Positions 1 through 7,701 of a stretch of DNA of 64,000 bases are shown here, one piece after another; positions within the stretch are counted from its first letter, which is position 1; the number at the start of each line of letters is the position of its first letter. A program made the translations under genes and the position numbers. Source of the stretch: a virus. The stretch covers positions 1-64,000 of IMG/VR virus record IMGVR_UViG_3300020190_000042; one strand, 5' to 3'. Below the pieces are notes generated by a model. The model saw only the letters and a program-made list of their open reading frames with translations. It was not told the origin of the DNA and searched no databases.

Positions 1-107
1 ATTCACACAAGGAGGCTACATCCACGCTGCACGAGTATCAGCTCGCAGACTATTCGGCTGACTATTACATCAGCACACGTTGCTGCAAAGCATGGAGGGA
101 ATCATGA
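1..107 (+). CDS. Partial (5'-truncated) small early protein, paralog of 1525..1689
   Basis: Frame from nt 3 reads SHKEATSTLHEYQLADYSADYYISTRCCKAWRES*; its stop overlaps the ATG at 104 (ATGA). Confidence 0.7.
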   Translation, partial: SHKEATSTLHEYQLADYSADYYISTRCCKAWRES

Positions 108-280
108 ACCAACAACAGTTCGACAAGTTGTACACAACCATCTACGACGCTTATGAACAAGCTGCACTAAAAGATGAGTACGTTCGTTCCACATTGGGCG
201 ACGCATTGGCTCACATGATCCTGCTCAAGCAACGCAAACTAATTACACCAACTGAACATGTACAACCCCGACTTTCCTGA
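104..280 (+). CDS. Hypothetical early protein
   Basis: ORF 80..280; ATG at 104 coupled to the upstream stop. Confidence 0.7.
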   Translation: MNQQQFDKLYTTIYDAYEQAALKDEYVRSTLGDALAHMILLKQRKLITPTEHVQPRLS

Positions 281-443
281 GTTCCACAAAGATCAACTCC
301 TCGCTGTAGTTAATCACTACATGCAGTCCGACATGCGCAAACATCTAATGCGCGAATGTCCCGCAGCGTATAACTCACTGTGCGGCAGGACTGTTGTCAC
401 CTCGCAGGTAGAAGATAACGGGGACAAAGTAATCTCCCGCTAA
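258..443 (+). CDS. Hypothetical early protein
   Basis: 61-aa ORF whose TAA stop is the loop of hairpin repeat 1. Confidence 0.65.
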   Translation: MYNPDFPEFHKDQLLAVVNHYMQSDMRKHLMRECPAAYNSLCGRTVVTSQVEDNGDKVISR

Positions 444-452
444 CGCGGGGCC
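434..452. repeat. Early-region hairpin repeat, copy 1 (CTCCCGC-TAAC-GCGGGGCC)
   Basis: Read directly; followed by CACACAATTACAC (457-469) and ATG at 477. Confidence 0.95.
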
Positions 453-476
453 ACCTCACACAATTACACTGCGATC

Positions 477-671
477 ATGATTGAACTTACACAATGTGAT
501 GAGTACGGTGTACACTATTGCACCGACACTTTCCTAACAATCGAAGATGCCAAAGACGCACTGTGGAATCTTGAATGTGCACTTGACACTGCTACCAACG
601 CGTCGCGTGCGTATTCTCTCCAAGGTGTAATCGCTGAGCTCCGCGAACTTATTTACGAAACTGAATCATGA
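477..671 (+). CDS. Hypothetical early protein
   Basis: 64-aa ORF directly after repeat 1. Confidence 0.7.
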   Translation: MIELTQCDEYGVHYCTDTFLTIEDAKDALWNLECALDTATNASRAYSLQGVIAELRELIYETES

Positions 672-898
672 CTCTCCCCGCTTACACAATCGCAAACAGT
701 GAGTTCACCTACGAACCACGCGCAGGTTTAACTAGCCTTGACTGGTACAACATCGCACGCTGTGCGCGTCAACGTATGCAACTAGCACACCACTATTACA
801 AACAGGAGGATCCTGAAGCTGGCCTGAACCTATGGAAGCGCGAACGTGAAACGTTCTGGCGTATGAATAGAAAGTCTATCCCAGATCACTTTGTGTAA
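668..898 (+). CDS. Hypothetical early protein
   Basis: 76-aa ORF with ATGA coupling. Confidence 0.7.
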   Translation: MTLPAYTIANSEFTYEPRAGLTSLDWYNIARCARQRMQLAHHYYKQEDPEAGLNLWKRERETFWRMNRKSIPDHFV

Positions 899-903
899 CT
901 AAC

Positions 904-1113
904 TCAAACGCCACGCAGGCCAATGCCGCTGATCTGATTCTGTAACTGTAACAACGTCTCTTTATGTTGAGCAGGATCACCTAACTCACCCCGCATAATC
1001 ATTTTATACAGTATCCTAGCTTCCTCACGTTGACGCGTCCTGTCCCCATAAGATGATGCCAGCGCAGGATCATTCTCCTCTGCTGTGAACACTTCACCTG
1101 CGAGTCGCATCAA
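904..1113 (-). CDS. Small protein with N-terminal RLAGEVF motif; lone minus-strand gene in the early array
   Basis: Fills the gap between + strand genes; N-terminus nearly matches RIAGEVF of 44201..44449. Confidence 0.7.
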   Translation of the reverse strand: MMRLAGEVFTAEENDPALASSYGDRTRQREEARILYKMIMRGELGDPAQHKETLLQLQNQISGIGLRGV

Positions 1114-1172
1114 CGTGTACCAAACCCATCGCTTCAGTCTAACCCAACAACAACACTAACCCCATCAACATC

Positions 1173-1520
1173 ATGCGAGTAATCGAACAGCAAATGCTGG
1201 ATGCAATCCGCAACCGCAAGGATTGGAAGAACGCAAACACCCGTGTGGAGGTAACACATTTCGCCCACGGTGATCGTGTTATCGACCGCATCAATGTGTA
1301 CCTGCACGGTAACAACATTGCTCGGATTGAACCCGACTGTGTTCGCATCTGTGACTGCGGGTGGCAGACACCGACAACAAAGTCACGACTTAATGTAATC
1401 CTGCACGACCTTTGTGAGGCAGGTATTTATCAGAAGAACCATAAGTGGTTTGGTGTTGCAATCGAAGAACAAGATTGGGAGATTGAGGAGAACAGCCAGC
1501 ACATCTTTGTGAGAGGCTGA
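1173..1520 (+). CDS. Conserved-type cyanophage hypothetical protein
   Basis: 115 aa; MRVIEQQM...VYLHGNNIA...GWQTPTTKSRLN resembles a common cyanophage family; A/C-rich leader. Confidence 0.8.
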   Translation: MRVIEQQMLDAIRNRKDWKNANTRVEVTHFAHGDRVIDRINVYLHGNNIARIEPDCVRICDCGWQTPTTKSRLNVILHDLCEAGIYQKNHKWFGVAIEEQDWEIEENSQHIFVRG

Positions 1521-1524
1521 ATCA

Positions 1525-1689
1525 ATGCCGTATTACATCCAGCGTAATAGTGAGGGCTTAGTCGAAACTGTGGACGAAGTTGATGATAGTAAGGAAGCGT
1601 ACAGGCTGGCAGCTGAGTACAACTCAGCAGATCAGGCTGCACGTTATTACGTTAAGCGCACGCCATGTAAAGCGTGGCGCGAACGTTAA
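1525..1689 (+). CDS. Small early protein (54 aa, not in ORF track)
   Basis: MPYYIQRNSEGLVETVDEVDDSKEAYRLAAEYNSADQAARYYVKRTPCKAWRER*. Confidence 0.75.
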   Translation: MPYYIQRNSEGLVETVDEVDDSKEAYRLAAEYNSADQAARYYVKRTPCKAWRER

Positions 1690-1693
1690 CCCT

Positions 1694-1712
1694 CTCCCGC
1701 TAACGCGGGGCC
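1694..1712. repeat. Early-region hairpin repeat, copy 2 (CTCCCGC-TAAC-GCGGGGCC)
   Basis: Followed by CACACAATTACAC and ATG at 1740. Confidence 0.95.
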
Positions 1713-1739
1713 GAATCACACAATTACACCAACATCACA

Positions 1740-2159
1740 ATGTCTTACACACAACACGCCGCAACAGCTACTTGTCAGATTACGAGTGTTCTCGACACGA
1801 GTGATCTAATCTCGCAGGTCTACGATTACCTAACTAACCACGGGGATGAAGCTCCTACTGAACTATTTAACTGCAGTTCTTCTGATGAGTTCTTTGACAT
1901 CCTCGAAACTTATGTAAGCGTCAGCGACAATATGCTGACCATCAACATGGACACCGAAAAAGTTAACTCTGACGGGGAAGTGTTTGACTTTCTGACTGAT
2001 CACTACGCCCACTTAATGAGCAGCGAGTTTATGAAAGTTGTGTGGGTGAGCTACGACAGTAGAAGCGGTCTGTCTGCAGACTGCACTTATTATGACAACC
2101 AAGGTAACGTGATCGACATTGAGAAACTACTCAAAACCCAGCCAAAGTCGGCTATTTAA
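1740..2159 (+). CDS. Hypothetical acidic early protein
   Basis: 139-aa ORF after repeat 2. Confidence 0.8.
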   Translation: MSYTQHAATATCQITSVLDTSDLISQVYDYLTNHGDEAPTELFNCSSSDEFFDILETYVSVSDNMLTINMDTEKVNSDGEVFDFLTDHYAHLMSSEFMKVVWVSYDSRSGLSADCTYYDNQGNVIDIEKLLKTQPKSAI

Positions 2160-2178
2160 CTGACGGAGACACATCACC

Positions 2179-2370
2179 ATGAGATTTTTAGTAACTGAGA
2201 TTGAGTTTGACTTCGATGACACCGCACCTACGGGTTATCGAGAAGATCTAACTTGTGAGGTCTGCACTACAATTTGGGACGCAGACGATGAAGATGATTT
2301 AGTAGAGGAAATTACCTGTGCAACGGGTTGGTGCATCAAAGGTCTTAATTATCAACACGTTTTGGTGTAA
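2179..2370 (+). CDS. Small acidic cyanophage-type protein
   Basis: EIEFDFDD...WDADDEDDLVEEITCATGWCI. Confidence 0.75.
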   Translation: MRFLVTEIEFDFDDTAPTGYREDLTCEVCTTIWDADDEDDLVEEITCATGWCIKGLNYQHVLV

Positions 2371-2375
2371 CAATT

Positions 2376-2531
2376 ATGTATCCACTCGAAGCATCCGATG
2401 AGTACGGTCTGCAAGGATTAGCAAATCGAGAGGATTTGCTGCAGTGGCTGCAATCGTGGCTACTGGACCCTGACAGCAGAGAATGTAAATTGGAGAAACT
2501 TTCAGATTTCAAACCTGACGACTACAACTAA
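2376..2531 (+). CDS. Small hypothetical protein (51 aa, not in track)
   Basis: ATG 2376 to TAA 2531, tightly packed between neighbours. Confidence 0.55.
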   Translation: MYPLEASDEYGLQGLANREDLLQWLQSWLLDPDSRECKLEKLSDFKPDDYN

Positions 2532-2533
2532 TC

Positions 2534-2701
2534 ATGGACATTTACAAACGCGTACATGGACAATCAGCGCAGGATAAATTGCGCGAACTGGTTGATCTCC
2601 ACGGGTACGAATTGTTTATTGCGCGGGCATTGTTGCTACGCGTCGATGACAAAGTATGCGAGGACTTGTTGGATGACATAGCGGAGGGCCGCATTATTTA
2701 G
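2534..2701 (+). CDS. Small hypothetical protein (55 aa, not in track)
   Basis: ATG 2534 to TAG 2701, ending 3 nt before repeat 3. Confidence 0.6.
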   Translation: MDIYKRVHGQSAQDKLRELVDLHGYELFIARALLLRVDDKVCEDLLDDIAEGRII

Positions 2702-2704
2702 TCT

Positions 2705-2722
2705 CTCCCGCTTCGCGGGGCC
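2705..2722. repeat. Early-region hairpin repeat, copy 3 (CTCCCGC-TTC-GCGGGGCC)
   Basis: Followed by TACACAATTACAC and ATG at 2756. Confidence 0.95.
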
Positions 2723-2755
2723 GCCTTACACAATTACACCATCATTACTAACATC

Positions 2756-3160
2756 ATGACCGGCAACAGTTCCGATGACGGCAAAGCACCCATCGTTCTC
2801 GTCATCGACCGCAACATGGACAACTTCGTTCAACACTACAGCATCAAACATCTAGAACCTAAAGGCTACGGATTGTGGTGGATTGATTCCTGTGGATCAC
2901 GATCTGTGCACTATTACGCACCCAGCGCAAACAATAATACCCGCGATCATTACGACACCGCAGAAGATCTGCCTGAAGATGTCTACAACAGCCTGCTCAA
3001 GTTCCTCACCACGCACTTAAAAATTGATCTGGACAGTCTCACAGTGCTGTACCGCATGGAAGATCCCGGACTTGGCATCATGCTGCCCGAGGATTACGAA
3101 GTCTTAAAACAAGGCGGCGTGCCTGATGGTTGTATTCCCGTCAAAACTGCCACTAAATAA
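2756..3160 (+). CDS. Hypothetical early protein
   Basis: 134-aa ORF after repeat 3. Confidence 0.75.
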   Translation: MTGNSSDDGKAPIVLVIDRNMDNFVQHYSIKHLEPKGYGLWWIDSCGSRSVHYYAPSANNNTRDHYDTAEDLPEDVYNSLLKFLTTHLKIDLDSLTVLYRMEDPGLGIMLPEDYEVLKQGGVPDGCIPVKTATK

Positions 3161-3162
3161 CA

Positions 3163-3330
3163 ATGACAAATCACACAGTTACACTCAGCAAACACACATG
3201 GTTGGGGGTACTAATTCACCTCAAAGAGACTGTGGAAACGATCCCAGTGTCAATAATCGAGCCAGATCCATGGGAATGTGTACAGAAAGCGATCGAGGAG
3301 ATCGAGCAGTTTGTAACTTTGGAGGATTGA
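3163..3330 (+). CDS. Small hypothetical protein (55 aa, not in track)
   Basis: MTNHTVTLSKHTWLGVLIHLKETVETIPVS...; preferred over the overlapping 3126..3350 frame. Confidence 0.6.
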   Translation: MTNHTVTLSKHTWLGVLIHLKETVETIPVSIIEPDPWECVQKAIEEIEQFVTLED

Positions 3331-3353
3331 CTTTATTGCCACACGGTTGATCC

Positions 3354-3371
3354 CTCCCGCTACGCGGGGCC
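3354..3371. repeat. Early-region hairpin repeat, copy 4 (CTCCCGC-TAC-GCGGGGCC)
   Basis: Followed by an A/C-rich leader and ATG at 3399. Confidence 0.95.
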
Positions 3372-3398
3372 GATTCACACACCTACATCTTCATCACA

Positions 3399-3632
3399 AT
3401 GTCACCCCTACCTCATACAGTAGAATCTCTGCTGGACCTGTTCACCGTATCCCAACTGCAACAAGTTTTCGAACATCAACTAAACCTTGATGAAACCGTA
3501 GACGATTGGGAGCAACGTCACCTGCTTGCCGTCGATTACCTATGTAACTACAGCGAGCTTATGTATTCCAAACAGCTCGCTAAATACTGCGACAAACTAC
3601 GCACCAAACTCAACCTCTACGATAACAACTAA
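3399..3632 (+). CDS. Hypothetical early protein
   Basis: 77-aa ORF after repeat 4. Confidence 0.7.
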   Translation: MSPLPHTVESLLDLFTVSQLQQVFEHQLNLDETVDDWEQRHLLAVDYLCNYSELMYSKQLAKYCDKLRTKLNLYDNN

Positions 3633-3886
3633 TGACACCAACAACTTTCTCTGTTTCCTTCGATCCATTAGCAGCACACTGCTTAGAGGAAATTGCCGCT
3701 GGTGACTATCGAACCGTCGAACACTTGATTCAGATACTTGTGTACCAAGGTATGCAGTCGTATCAGTTTGATCGTGAGCTAGTTGTACCCAAACGACCCG
3801 AAGATCACGACCTTAGCCTTAATAATAAGTTTCAGTATTACACAAACGAAGAAATCGTCGAATCCTTCAAACCTAAAATCAAATGA
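3632..3886 (+). CDS. Hypothetical early protein
   Basis: 84 aa, TAATG coupling. Confidence 0.7.
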   Translation: MTPTTFSVSFDPLAAHCLEEIAAGDYRTVEHLIQILVYQGMQSYQFDRELVVPKRPEDHDLSLNNKFQYYTNEEIVESFKPKIK

Positions 3887-4107
3887 TTAACACCGTAACT
3901 AAGCACACTCGCGCATCTGCTGCGGGCAAACTCATTTATTGCCCACACTGCGGTGTCGAATCTCGTGTGTACCACTTCAGTTTCTCTGCTCTCGTATGCC
4001 AGAAATGCAACAGAATCGTGGATAAATACGAGTATCTGCTGCAACCCTTGCGGTCCTCAGATACATCTGGCTACAAGTTTTTCCTCAATCGACTCACAGT
4101 AGTATGA
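3883..4107 (+). CDS. Zinc-ribbon small protein
   Basis: CPHC...CQKC motif pair. Confidence 0.7.
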   Translation: MINTVTKHTRASAAGKLIYCPHCGVESRVYHFSFSALVCQKCNRIVDKYEYLLQPLRSSDTSGYKFFLNRLTVV

Positions 4108-4436
4108 CTTACTTTGTACATTACGAAGACAGCGCAAACGTCCGGCGTGTCAACAACGTGTTGCACATTTGCACATCCAATGACGCTAACGGCAACCCGC
4201 GCAGACTGATCGTGTGTCTGGGATCTTACGGTCACATCGTTGCAACATTCGACGAAGGATGTGACTGGGGCGGACTTTACCAACTCGATAAAGACTTCGC
4301 TAGTTGGACAAATCGGCACAGCGTTCAAGTCAACGTAACCGTGTCTGAGTTCAATCGGTGGAGTTCATTTGAGCCCGGTAAGGTCTACAAAGTATCCACG
4401 CAGCCTGAACTTCCCGCCTTCCAACAACAGATTTAA
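4104..4436 (+). CDS. Hypothetical early protein
   Basis: 110 aa, ATGA coupling. Confidence 0.75.
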   Translation: MTYFVHYEDSANVRRVNNVLHICTSNDANGNPRRLIVCLGSYGHIVATFDEGCDWGGLYQLDKDFASWTNRHSVQVNVTVSEFNRWSSFEPGKVYKVSTQPELPAFQQQI

Positions 4437-4438
4437 TC

Positions 4439-4669
4439 ATGTCCTTTTACTTCATCGAAGTCACCGATACGTTCGGCGGCCAAGCAAATTACAGCTGGGT
4501 CGAAAAGTATTGCATCGAAGCAACAGACGCTACAGCGGTACGGCGAGCCAAACGTGAGATTGGTTGGAGTGGTGTTCGGTGTGACCGTCAAGACTGTGGG
4601 GAGTACATAGAATTACGTCCACGCGGTATGGCGCAGGTTGCGTTTATTCAGCGCGAGCACACTAGCTGA
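4439..4669 (+). CDS. Conserved-type small phage protein
   Basis: EVTDTFGGQANYSWV motif. Confidence 0.75.
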   Translation: MSFYFIEVTDTFGGQANYSWVEKYCIEATDATAVRRAKREIGWSGVRCDRQDCGEYIELRPRGMAQVAFIQREHTS

Positions 4670-4673
4670 CTCA

Positions 4674-4691
4674 CTCCCGCTACGCGGGGCC
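4674..4691. repeat. Early-region hairpin repeat, copy 5 (CTCCCGC-TAC-GCGGGGCC)
   Basis: 4 nt after the stop at 4669; ATG at 4715. Confidence 0.95.
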
Positions 4692-4714
4692 GCCGCATAC
4701 AACACCTCCACATC

Positions 4715-4909
4715 ATGAACTACTACAAAGTTAAAGTTCAAATCGAATCAAATCAAGGCGAGCATCTCGTAATGGAGACGCATCGTAATTTTGTTGCGGA
4801 TCAAGATGTATTTCTCTTCGCAAGCGGATTTGCTGATGGTTTCGCCATGGCACATGAAGGATCTGTGCTGGAGAAACAGATCGAGAAATTAAATGATGAT
4901 AGGAGCTGA
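4715..4909 (+). CDS. Hypothetical early protein
   Basis: 64-aa ORF after repeat 5. Confidence 0.7.
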   Translation: MNYYKVKVQIESNQGEHLVMETHRNFVADQDVFLFASGFADGFAMAHEGSVLEKQIEKLNDDRS

Positions 4910-5032
4910 GAGGAGCGAGTGGACTCACTTTGCACATTCTTTAGTCTTAAACGCACAGAAAACTATAACTATTTATAGATTTAGAAATTCGTGTTAAATT
5001 TACTTAGGTAATTAAAAGTTTTTCTTAATTCT

Positions 5033-5060
5033 TTGACAACCAAGCTACACATTGTATGAT
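5033..5060 (+). promoter_or_regulatory. Sigma70-type promoter
   Basis: TTGACA-N16-TATGAT downstream of a very AT-rich tract. Confidence 0.6.
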
Positions 5061-5166
5061 CTACAAAGCATTTAGTTTGCCTGAATGTTAAACCTTAAAC
5101 AATTATTTGTTTCAAACGCGAACACTAACTAAACTGATTAAACTCATGAGCGATTATTTCTGATCT

Positions 5167-5349
5167 GTGTCGTTTCAGCACACCGTTACCAAAACTCGCA
5201 AGTTTGACGTTTTTGCTCGTAAAGGCAAAACTGGCTGGGCTTATAAATGCACAATCGAAGCTAAGACTGAGGCCCACGCTAAAGAGCTTGTGCTCGAAGA
5301 ACATGTTGATCTCCAAAGGCATCAGCTGGCGGTTTACCCTAAACGCTAA
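5167..5349 (+). CDS. Small hypothetical protein
   Basis: 60 aa, GTG start, downstream of the promoter. Confidence 0.6.
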   Translation: MSFQHTVTKTRKFDVFARKGKTGWAYKCTIEAKTEAHAKELVLEEHVDLQRHQLAVYPKR

Positions 5350-5380
5350 TTATTTACCTTTGGTAAAGTTACAGAGGCGC

Positions 5381-5457
5381 CGGGACGCCTGAAGGCTGTC
5401 GCGTTTTTATGGGAGTTTAATCACGACATGTGTGGGGTTTGATTCCCCCGGTCCCGA
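5381..5457 (+). ncRNA. tRNA-like structured element (degenerate)
   Basis: CGGGAC/GTCCCG outer stem, GCC-TGAA-GGC arm, TGTCG/CGACA arm, GGGG-TTTGATT-CCCC T-arm-like hairpin; no CCA. Confidence 0.4.
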
Positions 5458-5555
5458 CTCACCTATTTACATAAAACTCCCAAACTGCTATGCTCCGCAT
5501 ACGGGCGGCACCGGCCCCAACCAACGTGGCGCGTCTACACTCACATTAAACTCCT

Positions 5556-5978
5556 ATGACCATTAAAACCTCTGAGCTTGTTTCACTAGGTGCAGTTGCC
5601 GCTGAGGCATTCGATGACTTCGACACTGCACAGAAACAATTAAACGATTCCTTTGGTATTCCCTACACCGCAGCCAAAGATAACTTGTTGAGAGACGTAA
5701 CTATTGCCGAGTCAGAAGGCGTAGATCTTCGTCTGTTTTCGGGAGAAGAAAGCCGGTTCCGATTCCCTACCTTTAATACAAACATTGTGGTGCGTATCCA
5801 CCGTAAGCCCACGCAGCACACCAAGCTGGAAAAGCTCGCGGCGAAAGTTACAAAGCTCGAAAGCGAATTGAAGCTGGCGAAAATGTGTCTAAAACATGAA
5901 GCTGAGCAACTTATTGCCGCAGGCGCTTGTGACGAATTTACAGACAAGATTGTCTTAGCCTTCACTCGGATCAAGTGA
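5556..5978 (+). CDS. Hypothetical protein with coiled-coil C-terminus
   Basis: 140-aa ORF. Confidence 0.8.
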   Translation: MTIKTSELVSLGAVAAEAFDDFDTAQKQLNDSFGIPYTAAKDNLLRDVTIAESEGVDLRLFSGEESRFRFPTFNTNIVVRIHRKPTQHTKLEKLAAKVTKLESELKLAKMCLKHEAEQLIAAGACDEFTDKIVLAFTRIK

Positions 5979-5983
5979 GACTC

Positions 5984-6145
5984 ATGCTTAACACCATTAA
6001 CAACGTGATCTGTTACGGGATCGGCACCGTTGCTTGCGCCATCTCCTTCATGGGTCTCCTGGGTGTCGATCCGAATGTGTCAAGTACTACAAATCAATCC
6101 TGTAAAAACCATGAAGCAGGTGCCATTCTGTGTAAAACACGCTAA
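5984..6145 (+). CDS. Small membrane protein (53 aa, not in track)
   Basis: MLNTINNVICYGIGTVACAISFMGLLGV... single hydrophobic helix. Confidence 0.55.
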   Translation: MLNTINNVICYGIGTVACAISFMGLLGVDPNVSSTTNQSCKNHEAGAILCKTR

Positions 6146-6184
6146 TCTCTGCTGAGGGGTCAGCCCCTAAGCGATGGAGTACGC

Positions 6185-6215
6185 GAGCCCTCTCCACGGA
6201 GAGGGTTCTTTACTT
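6185..6215 (+). terminator. Terminator- or attenuator-like hairpin
   Basis: GAGCCCTCTC-CACG-GAGAGGGTTC followed by TTTACTT. Confidence 0.5.
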
Positions 6216-6249
6216 GCGTTCCGCACAACAATTTGTCTAACTAACCCAA

Positions 6250-7449
6250 ATGACCACCCATTACTTGCTGACCTGCTCTATTTCTGCAGACGTTCGGCAA
6301 TCTGTTCAAATCAAGTTTGATGACCTCAAACTTCCTAAAACGGTCGTTGAAACTCTTCAACGCAATAATACCGTTAGCCTCCGTCCTAATCTCTCCAATG
6401 CGCTTAAAGCAGAGCTTGATTCACTTCGCGTCATGCAGCGTGATCTTTATGACAGCTACTGCATTCATAGTGGTGACGCTCACTTTGTCACTTCTTCCTA
6501 CTTTTATCTGGCTAATGAACGAATAAAGGATATTCGTAAAGAAGCTCAGAACGCAAACGACAGGCTCAAAGACCTGTGGGAACAAGAGTTTGAATCCTGG
6601 CAGCAAACTGCAGAGGGCATACTAAAACCCCTCTTCCGAGATTCTGACGAATTCAAGTTGGCCTTTGATGCCTACATGAAGTTTTTCCCCACGAAGGAAG
6701 AATACAAAGCTCCAATTCGTGTTTCAGTTCTCGGTCCTCTTCCTGTTTCTATGGAACGGGTAAGCAAACCGATTGAGGGAGATTTCCAATCTCTTGTCGC
6801 GTATGAGAATCAGATCAACACGCAACAAGTTCTTGAAGCAGCGCGTAACAATGCTGCAGATCGAGCACTTTTAATCGGAGCTGAGCTTCTCGATGATCTT
6901 GATGTTCGATCAATTACCAAGATCGGTCGCCAACAAACAGGTGGCGATAAAAAACGCGGTAGCTGGCAGATCACTGCACAGAAACTAAAGCTGATTAGCG
7001 ACAGCGTACCTGGGTTTGAGAATCTCTCTGATCTAGCAGACCGATTGCTGAAAGCTGGCAACGACATTCAAGCTAATGATCGTGCTGTACGGCAAAAGGG
7101 AACGAAGGATTTCTACGCGGTACAGGACGAAATCCGTTCGGAGTTGTCAGAAATCTGCCAAACCCGCGACAGTTCTAAAGGCTTAGAGATGCTCAAGCAA
7201 TCTCTTGCACTTTCATCTACTTACAAGCTGTTGTGTGACCGCATAAAGAATGCAGAAAACTCAAACGCCCTAAATCTTTTGATCAAAGACGCCAACGTAG
7301 AGATTGACATTTACGCTCAGCGTTCCAAACACCTCAACAAATTGATTGAGCAACGTAAGGAATTAATTGGAGCTGCAGGCGAAAATCTTGATCAACTACT
7401 TTCTGATTTGAAAGAACCCGAACCTGAATCTAAGGAGATTGATTTCTGA
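6250..7449 (+). CDS. Helical protein of the AAA-VWA module (DUF3150-like)
   Basis: 399 aa, helical; sits upstream of the AAA and VWA genes; family call from memory. Confidence 0.55.
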   Translation: MTTHYLLTCSISADVRQSVQIKFDDLKLPKTVVETLQRNNTVSLRPNLSNALKAELDSLRVMQRDLYDSYCIHSGDAHFVTSSYFYLANERIKDIRKEAQNANDRLKDLWEQEFESWQQTAEGILKPLFRDSDEFKLAFDAYMKFFPTKEEYKAPIRVSVLGPLPVSMERVSKPIEGDFQSLVAYENQINTQQVLEAARNNAADRALLIGAELLDDLDVRSITKIGRQQTGGDKKRGSWQITAQKLKLISDSVPGFENLSDLADRLLKAGNDIQANDRAVRQKGTKDFYAVQDEIRSELSEICQTRDSSKGLEMLKQSLALSSTYKLLCDRIKNAENSNALNLLIKDANVEIDIYAQRSKHLNKLIEQRKELIGAAGENLDQLLSDLKEPEPESKEIDF

Positions 7450-7676
7450 TGAAACGACTCTCGTATGCAATCGAATCGACTCAAGGGTTTCTTAAAGACA
7501 TCGAAGATTACACCAACGATGTTTTAGAAGCAGTTACTTTCACTAATTTCGAGTTTGCTTGCGAGCGGCTCGCCATTGTAAATAACTTGCTCTCTACCGA
7601 ATGTTGGATCAGCGCAGTCTACATTCCTTTCCCACGGCCTGTGCCTGTGCCTCCACTCAGTAAAACGCATCAGTAA
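7449..7676 (+). CDS. Hypothetical protein
   Basis: 75 aa, TGATG coupling. Confidence 0.65.
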   Translation: MKRLSYAIESTQGFLKDIEDYTNDVLEAVTFTNFEFACERLAIVNNLLSTECWISAVYIPFPRPVPVPPLSKTHQ

Positions 7677-7701
7677 ACACCGCACGTACTCCTTCCGCAC
7701 C

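Noticed and set aside
1-12. ATTCACACAA as the tail of a sixth hairpin repeat
   Set aside because: It lies inside a coding frame paralogous to 1525..1689.
434-4691. CRISPR array or integron attC array
   Set aside because: Repeats are 18-19 nt, spaced 650-1320 nt apart by coding genes; there are no cas genes and no attC core sites, and the only recombinase is 30 kb away with no evidence of being IntI-like.
434-4691. Repeats as intrinsic terminators
   Set aside because: No U-tract follows the stem on either strand.
5381-5457. Functional canonical tRNA
   Set aside because: No 7-nt anticodon loop, non-canonical D-arm spacing and no CCA; kept only as a tRNA-like candidate.
5492-5518. Degenerate sixth hairpin repeat (CTCCGCATACGGGCGG)
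   Set aside because: Arms and loop deviate from the invariant consensus; cannot be supported.
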